Below, one piece after another: positions 31,601 through 40,028 of a DNA stretch of 64,000 nucleotides. Both the position numbers and the translations under genes were made by a program. Numbering within the stretch: position 1 is the first letter of the stretch; each line of letters begins with the position of its first letter. The notes under the pieces are model-generated. The model saw nothing but the letters and a program-made list of their open reading frames with translations. It was not told where the DNA came from and did not search any database. The DNA comes from Pseudomonadota bacterium (GTDB lineage Bacteria; Bdellovibrionota; Bdellovibrionia; Bdellovibrionales; Bdellovibrionaceae), in the NCBI GenBank assembly GCA_041178425.1, contig JBEGVH010000006.1, positions 160,001 to 224,000 of the forward strand, written 5' to 3'.

Positions 31601-32768
31601 TTTGATTAATGGCCGCCGAGTAACCATCGGCGCTGCTACAGTCGGTGTTTGTACTCGCCCCCACTTTGTATTTGTATTTGGTTAATCCATTGTTGTTGCC
31701 AACAGAAACATCTAAAAAAGTTATACTGTTTGAACCAGTGGGCACGCCACTGAGCACTGCCACAGGGACACTAGAGTCCAGTGAAAAGTTAAGAGTATTG
31801 GAAATAAGATTTAGATTACCTTTGCTATCTTGAGTTGATCCCGCAGGGAGATTGACCCCAAAGGTTCCTTGGTTATTCGCATTTAATATAAATTGATAGG
31901 TATGCCCTGATCCAGTCAATTGGCTGGCTGTTGCGTTGGTTAAATTGAGATCACTCAATTCAAAACCTGTGACAGCAAAATTAAAAACCACTGTGATAGG
32001 TAATGAACTCTGGTTCGTTGAACTTCCGTTGGATATACCAGCGCTAAGAGTCGCTGTGACGGGGGCCACTTGCGCGGTCCATGCCGAGCACGTCGCTTCG
32101 GCGCCCACATTGCCAGCTCTGTCTATAGATCTTATTTTAAAAAAGTATTGGGTTCCATTCGACAGAGATAGCCCTGTTAATCGAGAGCCTGACTGAAAAG
32201 AAGTCCAATCCTGCACCACTGAATTGTCAGTGAATTGAATCAATTGAATCTCATTCCTCGCCCAACCACTAATAGCATCACTGCCAGGTGTTAAAAGCAA
32301 AGTGGGTGATTCTTGAAGAGTGTTTTCGGGAAATCCACTCGCCAAGCAAATCGGAGCTGCGGGCCCGGTAATGTCGTACTGAATTGAAAATTCATTCGAC
32401 GCACTATTGGTGTCGTTCAGAGGGTTGGTCGCCGCGTCTCCACTCACTACAACCGTTTGCTTGCCCTCGATAACTGGCACTAATTCGAAAGTGTAAACAG
32501 AATCAGAAACTTTGGTAAAATGGTTGAGCTGCCCACCACCCAAAGTTACTTTGATATCGCTGCTCTCAAATCCTTCAATATTCTCACTGAACGTCACAGT
32601 AAGGGGAATCTCCCCTCGGTTCGTATAATTGGATTCAGTAGAAGTCAGAGTGGTTGAAATAATTTTTAATGAAGGGGTGTCAACAGAGGCACTGAATTCA
32701 CACCCAAGGGTGAGGGTGAGTAAAATGAGGTACACACAATTAAAAACAAAACCCTGCTTTTTTAACAT
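28683..32768 (-). CDS. RCC1/BLIP-II repeat lipoprotein with Ig-like and Fn3-like domains
   Basis: LTLGC lipobox; TVTFSE and VVFNFAVTGF Ig-like units; about 14 HTCGITTGG.LKCWG.N..GQLG repeats. Confidence 0.9.
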   Translation of the reverse strand: MLKKQGFVFNCVYLILLTLTLGCEFSASVDTPSLKIISTTLTSTESNYTNRGEIPLTVTFSENIEGFESSDIKVTLGGGQLNHFTKVSDSVYTFELVPVIEGKQTVVVSGDAATNPLNDTNSASNEFSIQYDITGPAAPICLASGFPENTLQESPTLLLTPGSDAISGWARNEIQLIQFTDNSVVQDWTSFQSGSRLTGLSLSNGTQYFFKIRSIDRAGNVGAEATCSAWTAQVAPVTATLSAGISNGSSTNQSSLPITVVFNFAVTGFELSDLNLTNATASQLTGSGHTYQFILNANNQGTFGVNLPAGSTQDSKGNLNLISNTLNFSLDSSVPVAVLSGVPTGSNSITFLDVSVGNNNGLTKYKYKVGASTNTDCSSADGYSAAINQNSKIAHDLSGLPDAVIRLCVVGGDASNNWQAYQGATEATWTKSQGDTSGVATLSNLPVDFTPINIIVGGTGITHYRYKVGTSATTDCNLFTGYGAETAVGIAIEEDLSSFADGTVLKFCVLGSKGGNNSNYQLMANATNFTWTKDSVVEASVNSSGETFQDTAQANSFQITLGEIKPYDVTLSYKIFGGAGGDDHNLVSNSVTIPAGQLSSIVNYHIVRNSAITGDKIFNLRIDQSSRAGVVPGFSAFQFNVIQDTDSNAVDTIFSKIDAGAQHTCGITFGGKLKCWGDNGWGQLGDGTTTNKTAPITIDSGTSYNQISAGSSHTCGITTGGALKCWGDNGGGQLGDGTTTNKTNPTTIDSGTSYNQISAGGSHTCGITTGGALKCWGRNVENQLGDGTTTNKTTPTTIDSGTSYSQISAGGSHTCGITTDDSLKCWGWNGESQLGDGSTNVQISAPSPIDSGTSYAKVFAKSIHTCGITTGGTLKCWGRNTSGQLGDPTINSTNTPLTIDTSNSYAQIAAGFSHTCGITTGGTLRCWGDNSWGQVGHQSPGTKIDLPTIIDGGKTYSQITADNQHTCGLTTGGTLKCWGSNDLGQLGDDHPSMSLTPRVIQNEVNTSQLSATQNRTCRIVSDSKIRCSGVNDRGQLGDGTLIDRHYFSDLITTDAYSKIHTGRYHTCAITTGGALKCWGWNGIGQLGDGTTTNKTTPITIDSGTSYNQISVGGSHTCGITSGGALKCWGLNNSGQVGDGTTTNKTSPTTIDSGTLYSLVSAGISHTCAITTGSVLKCWGGNTYGELGDDTNNNKSAPTTIDSGTFYSQVVTGHNYTCGITNSGALKCWGRNENGELGNNPSLSSKIPTVIDSNTLYAKIAVGGTNNTPTPKHTCGITTGGALKCWGSNNKGQLGDGTVESKSTPTLIDGTITYAQVSAGYQHTCGITTGGALKCWGDSGRGQFGDPDSIPPWLPHPIVIPP
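28740..30800 (-). repeat. About 150 bp intragenic tandem repeats (RCC1 blades)
   Basis: CCAACACTTGAGTGCACCACCAGTGGTGATGCCACAGG is identical at 30441 and 30591. Confidence 0.9.
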
Positions 32769-32781
32769 AAATATTGATTAT

Positions 32782-32809
32782 TTATCGACAAAAAAGCCTT
32801 TCAACTTTA
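32782..32809 (-). promoter_or_regulatory. sigma28-like promoter of the RCC1 gene
   Basis: Minus strand TAAAG-N15-GTCGATAA, 13 nt before the ATG. Confidence 0.6.
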
Positions 32810-32905
32810 GTCTGTGCGCAGAGATTATCAAAAAAAGACACTATTGTTTCAACTTAAAGCAAATCATCCCTCACCGACAAAGAAATCTAGGTTTTTTGCG
32901 AGATT

Positions 32906-33976
32906 TTACTTCAATATCAGTGTCTCACCGAGTTTCGGTAGAAAGAATGCATCCGCAGAAAGATTGGCCTTTTGCAACTCTTCACGAAGAGCCTTTCGGG
33001 GTTCATCAAAACCCTCATCAGTTAGCTGAAACACTTCAAAATGAATGGCAAAACTTTTTTTGCAGTTTAAATCGAGGTGAGCCTTAACGGCATCTTCGGG
33101 ATTCATGTGTTGATCTTTCATAAAGGAGCGGGGCTCATAGGCACCAATAGGTAAAAGACTCAATTCGATGTCACCCACTCTGTCTTTGATCATTTTAAAG
33201 TGCGGTCCATACCCTGTATCGCCGGCAAAATAGACTTTTCTGCCAGACATTGTGAGCACAAAACCACCCCACAGAGCTAAATTGCGATCACCCACTCCGC
33301 GAGCCGACCAGTGCTGTGCTGGCACGAGCTGAACAGGACCCAGCGATTGCCACCAATCAAGCTCTGTAATACCCTCAATGCCCTCGTCTCTTAGAAATTT
33401 GGCATTTCCAAGAGGAACAATAAACTGCGGATGAAATCGCTCATAAAGAGCTTTAAGACTAGGAAGATCCATATGATCGTAGTGATTGTGGCTCACCACC
33501 ACATAGTCCACCGCCGGCAATTGCTCAATGGTCACCGCCGGCTTTTGATGACGTCGTGGACCAGCAAATGTCACGGGGCTTGCCCGTTCGCTGAATTGCG
33601 GATCGGTTAAAACCGAAATATTTTCATCTTGAATGTAAGTCGTCGCATGTCCGATGGCTGTAATATGAATACTCGCTGCCTTCCCTTGATCAACAAGGAC
33701 GGGGATCGCGGTGCCTGCTGAGGCGTTTGCAGGCCATTCTGTTGCGCTTCCCGAAAGCTTCCACTTTAAAACATCCCAAAGAGTTTTTGTATTGTTTGCC
33801 CCCCAGGGGTTAAAAAATTTTTCTCCATCAAAATGATCCGATCGAGATGGCATAACAACCCCTCCTCGTGACGAACAAGCATTGAGAGTTAAAGCAAAAA
33901 ATAAGAGAGTTTTAAAAAATCTAGTGTTCACAAAACTTTTTTTAACTCTTTGGGGCTTGAATAGGCTCGTCGGCAA
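32906..33976 (-). CDS. MBL-fold metallo-hydrolase (NAPE-PLD/RomA-like), probable lipoprotein; true start may be GTG 33931
   Basis: SHNHYDHMD, PAQHWSAR, FAGDTGY, LPIGAYEP, HMNPEDAV; LTLNAC lipobox. Confidence 0.9.
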   Translation of the reverse strand: MPTSLFKPQRVKKSFVNTRFFKTLLFFALTLNACSSRGGVVMPSRSDHFDGEKFFNPWGANNTKTLWDVLKWKLSGSATEWPANASAGTAIPVLVDQGKAASIHITAIGHATTYIQDENISVLTDPQFSERASPVTFAGPRRHQKPAVTIEQLPAVDYVVVSHNHYDHMDLPSLKALYERFHPQFIVPLGNAKFLRDEGIEGITELDWWQSLGPVQLVPAQHWSARGVGDRNLALWGGFVLTMSGRKVYFAGDTGYGPHFKMIKDRVGDIELSLLPIGAYEPRSFMKDQHMNPEDAVKAHLDLNCKKSFAIHFEVFQLTDEGFDEPRKALREELQKANLSADAFFLPKLGETLILK

Positions 33977-34355
33977 TTAATTTGCCCTCACGAAAATACC
34001 AGACTCCTTTTTGCTGACGAAATTTACTCAGCTCATGATGCGTCGACGTGACACCCGTTTTTAGATCTTTAAAGTGCGCCCTAAATTCAACGAGGGCTTT
34101 GTTTGCTTCTTGCTTCGCATTTAAAACTTCAAGGCGGGTAAACTCCACTGACCCCGCCCAATCGGAATTACTTTTAAGATCAAATTGATCTCGGGTTTGC
34201 GGATCATGTGTATTGAATAAATAGATCATGTTTTTAACAACGAACGCTGAGTATCTAGATCGCATCAGCTTCTCGGCTGTGTTCGGAACGGCGCCCTGGT
34301 CGATATACTCACCACAACATTTTTCATAATCAAGATCGGTACCGCAATAGCACAT
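33942..34355 (-). CDS. ychJ: YchJ family SEC-C metal-binding protein
   Basis: CYCG....Y..CC, TAEKLMRSRYSAF, VEFRA, HHELSKF...WYF. Confidence 0.85.
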   Translation of the reverse strand: MCYCGTDLDYEKCCGEYIDQGAVPNTAEKLMRSRYSAFVVKNMIYLFNTHDPQTRDQFDLKSNSDWAGSVEFTRLEVLNAKQEANKALVEFRAHFKDLKTGVTSTHHELSKFRQQKGVWYFREGKLIADEPIQAPKS

Positions 34356-34371
34356 AGTCAGACTCCACGTT

Positions 34372-35499
34372 TCAAATACGAACTTTAGAAATGTTTTTAT
34401 TGAGTTTTTGTAATCCATCAAGAACCGGCTTTGCAACACCTGAGTCGATCAGATACTTTCCGGCCGGATTATAGATGTACTCAAAGGGATGTCTTTGGCC
34501 CGACGGGCATTTTTTAGTTTTACTTCGGATGCACGGGTGCGCCGCTGCGCCGCTGATTTGTTGATGAGCTTCAGTTAAGGTACTTTGTGGTAAAAACAAA
34601 TATTCAGCGACTCGCTGAATAAAACTTTCGAGAAAACCTTCGGAGCCAATACTTGCTAGAGTTCGTTTTGTGAGAGGCCCATTGAGTTTGCGAACACCGT
34701 CGGCCCCGTGAAGTCGAACGTTAAGAATCTGCATTTCGCCTATTTCGGTTCTTCGAGCGATCTCTTTGAAAGACAGCGGACGATAAAAATCAGAGGAGAC
34801 TCTTGATGTCCATTTACTAACCTTGGGATCGATTTTTGGAAGCTTAACCAGACTCTCTCTCGCTTTTTGAATAATGGCCACAAAGGCCAAACTCTGATGA
34901 AGGCCTAATTTTTCACGATCGAGAGAAGCCACAAAAAAATCGTTGATGGCAACGAGCTCTTCTACAACCCGTTCTCCTTGGCCAATCGTCATCCATAAGG
35001 AGAGTTGATGCAATTTCCAGCGAGTCATCTTTAGAAGGGCAAGCAAAGGGAGCTCTTTGAGAGCCAAGGGGTTACGACATTCGGCGCCCTTTAATTGCAC
35101 GAGCTGATCAAACCGTTGGAGATAAAGTTCTTTTTCAGCCAATTCTCCTCGAACCGTTCTGATCGACTCTTTTGGAAGGAGGCAGGGATCTTTGCAGCCT
35201 TCAATTTTTGAAAAATCGCCTTTGATTTCTTTGGGAACCTGATAAAACTGTTCATTGTTCATGAGTGAGAGTAGCCTCTCGCCTTCAATTTGAAAATTAA
35301 GCTCAGGCGCAACCGCGATACCAAGAAGACTTCCACATTCCTTTTTAGAAAGGAGATCCTCGTCCGTTGACCGAGTTAAAATTTCGAGGGTTTTTTTATC
35401 AACGGGAGTGTCGTAATGATTAAGAGTAGTCAGAGCAAAAACGCCCGCGAACGCCATGATTCCTAAAACCCACAAAAAGTTTACTATTCGTGTTTTCAT
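34372..35499 (-). CDS. Membrane-anchored hypothetical protein
   Basis: ATG 35499 with GAGGGG RBS; single N-terminal TM. Confidence 0.7.
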   Translation of the reverse strand: MKTRIVNFLWVLGIMAFAGVFALTTLNHYDTPVDKKTLEILTRSTDEDLLSKKECGSLLGIAVAPELNFQIEGERLLSLMNNEQFYQVPKEIKGDFSKIEGCKDPCLLPKESIRTVRGELAEKELYLQRFDQLVQLKGAECRNPLALKELPLLALLKMTRWKLHQLSLWMTIGQGERVVEELVAINDFFVASLDREKLGLHQSLAFVAIIQKARESLVKLPKIDPKVSKWTSRVSSDFYRPLSFKEIARRTEIGEMQILNVRLHGADGVRKLNGPLTKRTLASIGSEGFLESFIQRVAEYLFLPQSTLTEAHQQISGAAAHPCIRSKTKKCPSGQRHPFEYIYNPAGKYLIDSGVAKPVLDGLQKLNKNISKVRI

Positions 35500-35627
35500 T
35501 GGGCCCCTCAACATCCTTGTTAATGCAGGTCTTTTGAACATAGACAACAGCTTCATTGTACCGATATTCTTCTCTTTTTAAACAAAAAAACATAGCCTTT
35601 GCTGGAGTTCCTTGTTTATAAACACCT

Positions 35628-36374
35628 ATGACTTTAGACGAAAAATCCTCGCACATTGTTTATTCTGATGGCGCTTGTTCAGGCAACCCAGGTATTGGTG
35701 GCTGGGCTTTCATCCACTGGACCCCCAACAACATGGTTCGAGAGGGATCAGGCTGCGATCCCTCCACCACTAATAACCGTATGGAGATGACTGGCGCTCT
35801 AGAGGCTCTTCGATCGATTCCTCGAGGGGAATCAATCATTGTACTCACAGACTCTGTTTATTTAATTCGTGGTATTACCCAGTGGATTTTTGGCTGGCAA
35901 CGACGTGGTTGGAAGAACGCAGAAGGCAAAGACGTTCTCAATAAGGACATTTGGGAAGAGCTTGCTCGCGCTTGTCGAGATAAAAAAATTGAGTGGCGTT
36001 ATGTGCGAGGTCACACAGGAATCGCTGGCAATGAAAGGGTCGATGAATTGGCGGTTGCCCAGTCGCAAAGACGCCCTCTTGCTGGTTATTCCGGGCCCTA
36101 CTCTGGGTATCGCGTGGCGATTCTCCCATTGCCGGAGAAAGTGGCTATTCCTGAAATGAAAAAGCAAAATGGGGCAACGAGCGACAAATCAAAAACTTTT
36201 TACTTAAGCATGGTCAATGGCGTTGTGGAGCAACATTCCACGTGGGATCAATGTCAGTCTCGGGTTAAGGGAGTTTCTCAGGCTAAATTTAAAAAGGTTC
36301 AATCAGACCAAGAAGCCCAAGACGTTCTTAAAGCTTGGGGGGCGGCAACGTCTCAGACAACTCTGAAGAGGTGA
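35628..36374 (+). CDS. rnhA: Ribonuclease HI with C-terminal hybrid-binding (viroplasmin-like) domain
   Basis: YSDGACSGNPG.GGW, TTNNRME, TDS.Y, W.YVRGH.G..GNE.VD.LA; tail TWDQCQSRVKGVSQAKFKK. Confidence 0.93.
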   Translation: MTLDEKSSHIVYSDGACSGNPGIGGWAFIHWTPNNMVREGSGCDPSTTNNRMEMTGALEALRSIPRGESIIVLTDSVYLIRGITQWIFGWQRRGWKNAEGKDVLNKDIWEELARACRDKKIEWRYVRGHTGIAGNERVDELAVAQSQRRPLAGYSGPYSGYRVAILPLPEKVAIPEMKKQNGATSDKSKTFYLSMVNGVVEQHSTWDQCQSRVKGVSQAKFKKVQSDQEAQDVLKAWGAATSQTTLKR

Positions 36375-37392
36375 TCTCTAAAATCGGATGAGCCACAGTG
36401 ATTCCGGCGGTGCGAAGAGCCGATAAACACTCTCTGATTACGGCATCCGCGGCCGTTGCATATTTGCCGTAGTCGTCGATAGAGTAGATCACTTTTACAA
36501 TCACCCACGAATCAGAAGGCTCTGAAACGAGCGCTATGGGCTTAGGATTTTTGCAAATGTTTGGGACTCGTTCGAGCGCTTGTTTTAAGATTTGAACAGT
36601 GCGATCTAGATCCTCACTATAGGCAATTCTCAGAGACTGAGCTCGAGCAATGGGGATTTCTGGGCGCGTCCAATTGTTTATCTGAGATTGAGCCATAAAA
36701 CGGTTCGGAATATTCACGATCTCATCATAAAGGCCTACTAAAATTGTTGAGCGCCACGTGATCTCTAAAACCTGACCAGTTATTTTTTGAATTCCTGAGG
36801 TGACTTCAATCCAATCGCCAATCTCGAAACTATTATCAATTTGCAAAGAAATTCCCGCAAATAAATTACCAAGCGTGTCTTGAAGAGCCAGACCGAGAAT
36901 AATCGAGAACGCCGCTGACGTGGCGAGCAGTGGTGCTACCTGAATGCCAAAAACGGTTGTGATGAGCCAACCCCCTAAAAAGAGAGAGAGCACAAGAGTA
37001 AAAATATTAACAAGAAGCAAAGGAACAGCGGTTCTCACCGATGTGAGAAATAAATACTGCAACAAAAGAATACGGCAAATTTGAATAAACGTGATGCACC
37101 CTACAATGGCCGTCGCGAGCCCCAGATAAGGAAGCACACGCAAAACCAATGATTCCTCTTTGATGGTGGTGCCAATGGAAAAAGCGGTAAACAGAACTGT
37201 CATCGTGAGAAGTTGTTTATTAAGATTAACAAACCGCGCGTGAAGATTGCGATGACGTTCTTCAGAAAGGCGCTTTAAAAATGATTTGTAAAAAAACCAA
37301 GAAAAAAGAACTAAGACCCAAAGAAGAATGAACACTTCCCATTGAATGAGATTTTCAAGCGGAACAAGGATTTGCAACCAGGGTTTATTCAT
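36328..37392 (-). CDS. mscS: Small-conductance mechanosensitive channel
   Basis: ILGLALQDTLGNLFAG, FEIGDWI, ITWRST, IPN. Confidence 0.9.
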   Translation of the reverse strand: MNKPWLQILVPLENLIQWEVFILLWVLVLFSWFFYKSFLKRLSEERHRNLHARFVNLNKQLLTMTVLFTAFSIGTTIKEESLVLRVLPYLGLATAIVGCITFIQICRILLLQYLFLTSVRTAVPLLLVNIFTLVLSLFLGGWLITTVFGIQVAPLLATSAAFSIILGLALQDTLGNLFAGISLQIDNSFEIGDWIEVTSGIQKITGQVLEITWRSTILVGLYDEIVNIPNRFMAQSQINNWTRPEIPIARAQSLRIAYSEDLDRTVQILKQALERVPNICKNPKPIALVSEPSDSWVIVKVIYSIDDYGKYATAADAVIRECLSALRTAGITVAHPILEITSSELSETLPPPKL

Positions 37393-37667
37393 AGTCTCTA
37401 TTCTATCGTTTTTTAGATGAAAAAAAACTTAGACTGGACCAACTTAACGGAGCCTATTCGATAGTCTGAGTGGTATCAAAGTTTTTGACAGTGGTTTAGC
37501 AAAAATCGGCCTTGGCATACCTTGGAAAAATTAGGAATCAATTAAATTTATTTAAACTCACACACACAGGTCTTAGGCTTGCACTTTAGCTTAATCACTA
37601 GTCTAAGATCAGCAGGTTTTTTCACCCAGAGAACATCTTATTGGTTTTTAAATATAAGGAGTTTGAT

Positions 37668-38471
37668 ATGAAGTACTGGGTTATCATAAGCTTAATTTTT
37701 GTGAATGCCTTCGCAGAGGCGAAGATTTCTCGTCGATGGAAGCAAAGAGGCGGCAAAGCGACGTACTCAAGAAACTGGAAATCGAACTACTCGAGTCCTA
37801 GTAGAGATGTGCCTCAAATAAAGTGCGATTTACCTGCCACTTCGGCCACGGGTCCGGTTCCGTCTGAGGTAGAGAGTTCTTTGAAAAACCTCGTGGCACA
37901 GGCCAAATCAATGGGAATCAGTCCTACGGCTGTTCGTGACACCACCAATTATTACCGAGAAAACTATGCCCGACTGAAAAACAAATGTTACTTTAGTATT
38001 GTCGATTTTAATATCGTCGATACTAAGAACCGATTCTTTATCTTTGATGTTAAAAATGGATCTATCGAAGCCATCAAAACATCCCAGGGCAGAGGCTCTG
38101 ATAAAAATAACGATGGTTTCGCCGATAGTTTTTCAAACAAATCTGGCAGCAATGCTTCGTCTCTCGGCTTTTATGAAACTGACACTACTTACAAAGGCAA
38201 GCACGGAGTTTCACTCAAGCTCGATGGAAAAAGTCCAGGTTTAAACACCAACGCTAAAAGTCGCGCGGTGGTCATTCACTCTGCAGCCTATGTTCGTGGT
38301 GGGGGCCGCAGCCAAGGTTGCTTTGCGCTTGAAGAGAACAACTTGAGAGAGGTTATCGGAAAACTTAAAAATGGCGCTCTCATCTACGCCTATCACCGAA
38401 GTCTCTCAAACAATGATTTAAACAACCAATATGCGCAAGCTGACACAGAGGGAAACACCGGAACCCTCTAG
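37668..38471 (+). CDS. Murein L,D-transpeptidase family (YkuD_2-like)
   Basis: FSN..GS..SSLGFY.T..TY.GKHG.SL.L.G; VVIHSA.YV...GRSQGC; AAGGAG RBS. Confidence 0.9.
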   Translation: MKYWVIISLIFVNAFAEAKISRRWKQRGGKATYSRNWKSNYSSPSRDVPQIKCDLPATSATGPVPSEVESSLKNLVAQAKSMGISPTAVRDTTNYYRENYARLKNKCYFSIVDFNIVDTKNRFFIFDVKNGSIEAIKTSQGRGSDKNNDGFADSFSNKSGSNASSLGFYETDTTYKGKHGVSLKLDGKSPGLNTNAKSRAVVIHSAAYVRGGGRSQGCFALEENNLREVIGKLKNGALIYAYHRSLSNNDLNNQYAQADTEGNTGTL

Positions 38472-38515
38472 AATAGTGCTAGAACATCCCGTCTTTTGAT
38501 CAAGACTTTTATAAA

Positions 38516-38559
38516 AATAAATAAAAAAGGGATTCGGAAGAATCCCTTTTTTATTTATT
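38516..38559. terminator. Bidirectional intrinsic terminator
   Basis: Perfect 20 bp stem AATAAATAAAAAAGGGATTC-GGAA-GAATCCCTTTTTTATTTATT between convergent genes. Confidence 0.9.
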
Positions 38560-38567
38560 CGGCCTAT

Positions 38568-39101
38568 TTAAAGCACTCTGAGAAGGATGTAAGTCATTAG
38601 CGCACCGATGGTGAAATAAGCCAGACCTAAAAAACGTTCTGAATACCCAATTTTATCAGCCTGAGTTCCAGATGCCTCGAGGGCTTGGATTTTTTCTCTG
38701 AGATAGGTGATTTCATGTTTCAATTCTGATGCTTCGTGATCGGAAATTCTTTTGGAGCTGTGCCAATGGCTCGCCAAAAAAACCTGCGGGGTAAAGCCAG
38801 GATTTTTCTCCTGAAGTAGCAAATACCACTGAAGAGCGCGAAAAATATGAGGAGGCGGAGGGGTGATTTTTTTAGTCCAACGAGTCCAGGCTGAAGGATC
38901 GACCATTAAAAGCTGGGAAATTTTTCGTGCCGATAAACCCAGTCGAAACCGAATATCCTCGAGATCTCCGATTTGCGAACGAATAACATCGACCTCAGCT
39001 TCATACGACATTCGATCAGCGGTTTTAGATCGCCATTTTGAGTTGTTTTCGTTAAACCCTAAATGCCCGATTTTTTGTGGTTCGAGATCCATCTTGCCCA
39101 C
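38568..39101 (-). CDS. XRE-like HTH protein with coiled coil and C-terminal TM helix
   Basis: IRFRLGLSARKISQLLMVDPSAWTRW HTH; hydrophobic C-terminus. Confidence 0.7.
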   Translation of the reverse strand: MGKMDLEPQKIGHLGFNENNSKWRSKTADRMSYEAEVDVIRSQIGDLEDIRFRLGLSARKISQLLMVDPSAWTRWTKKITPPPPHIFRALQWYLLLQEKNPGFTPQVFLASHWHSSKRISDHEASELKHEITYLREKIQALEASGTQADKIGYSERFLGLAYFTIGALMTYILLRVL

Positions 39102-39425
39102 CTTTTAATCATTTACCATATTGTGAAACGCAATATTTACATGTACAATAGAACATATTTAGTTGTATTTCAAACGACTGCAGCTAATTTGATTCTAAAT
39201 AATATTACGTTACAAAGCAATTTTTATTTACCCCCTGCGGCTACCCTTGTATTTTCAACTTTACCTAAATATTATAGTTATAAGTTTAAGTGCTAAATAT
39301 TTGATATTTAGTCATAAAACGAAATAGGAGTTGGTTTTCTTTTGTTTTACTGAGGCTCACATATAGATAACGCGAGGCGCATTTTGATTTTTCACAATTA
39401 AAATTTCACTCGCGAGGATGAAGCG

Positions 39426-39950
39426 ATGCGCTATAATTTGAATAAAAATAAGTACCTTCTCGACCCTGAAGTTCAAGCACTCGAGTATCTCTTGAAGCGC
39501 CATCAGGACTTGGATCAGAGAAACTGTCTGCTTATATGGGTAGCGTTAAAGACGGGCGCCAGAGCCCAAGAAGTTTTGAACATTCGAGTGAACGACCTTT
39601 CAGCCTACGACCAAACAATTTTTATCCGAGGCCTTAAGGGAAGTAATGATCGAGAGATCCCCGTTCAAAAAGAGGTTTTTCGGCGCCTAGAACTACTCTC
39701 TAATAAACTCTCTTCTCACGATCTCGTGTTTGATATTTCCTACATGAGGCTCTATCAGATTTGGGATCTCTACCGCCCTTGCAAAAAAAGTTTTCATAGC
39801 TTGCGCCATACCTTTGCAATTAACCTTTATAAAAAAACCAGAGACTTGCGACTCGTTCAGGTAGCCCTCGGGCACCGTAACATCAATAACACGATGGTTT
39901 ATGCAGATTACGTCTACTCAAAAGAAGAGCTTAAAAAACTCATCTTATAA
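39426..39950 (+). CDS. Short tyrosine recombinase (catalytic domain only, FimB/FimE-like size)
   Basis: TGARAQE, GLKGS, FHSLRHT, LGH, TMVY; 174 aa. Confidence 0.92.
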   Translation: MRYNLNKNKYLLDPEVQALEYLLKRHQDLDQRNCLLIWVALKTGARAQEVLNIRVNDLSAYDQTIFIRGLKGSNDREIPVQKEVFRRLELLSNKLSSHDLVFDISYMRLYQIWDLYRPCKKSFHSLRHTFAINLYKKTRDLRLVQVALGHRNINNTMVYADYVYSKEELKKLIL

Positions 39951-40028
39951 AAACACTTCGTTGACAACTTTGCCCATTATCCGTCAAGTAAGAGCCTAAC
40001 TCTTTTCTCTAGTAATTAAGGGGGCTTA

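Noticed and set aside
38568..39950. Prophage integrase/repressor module
   Set aside because: No phage genes, tRNA or att repeats nearby; the recombinase lacks arm- and core-binding domains
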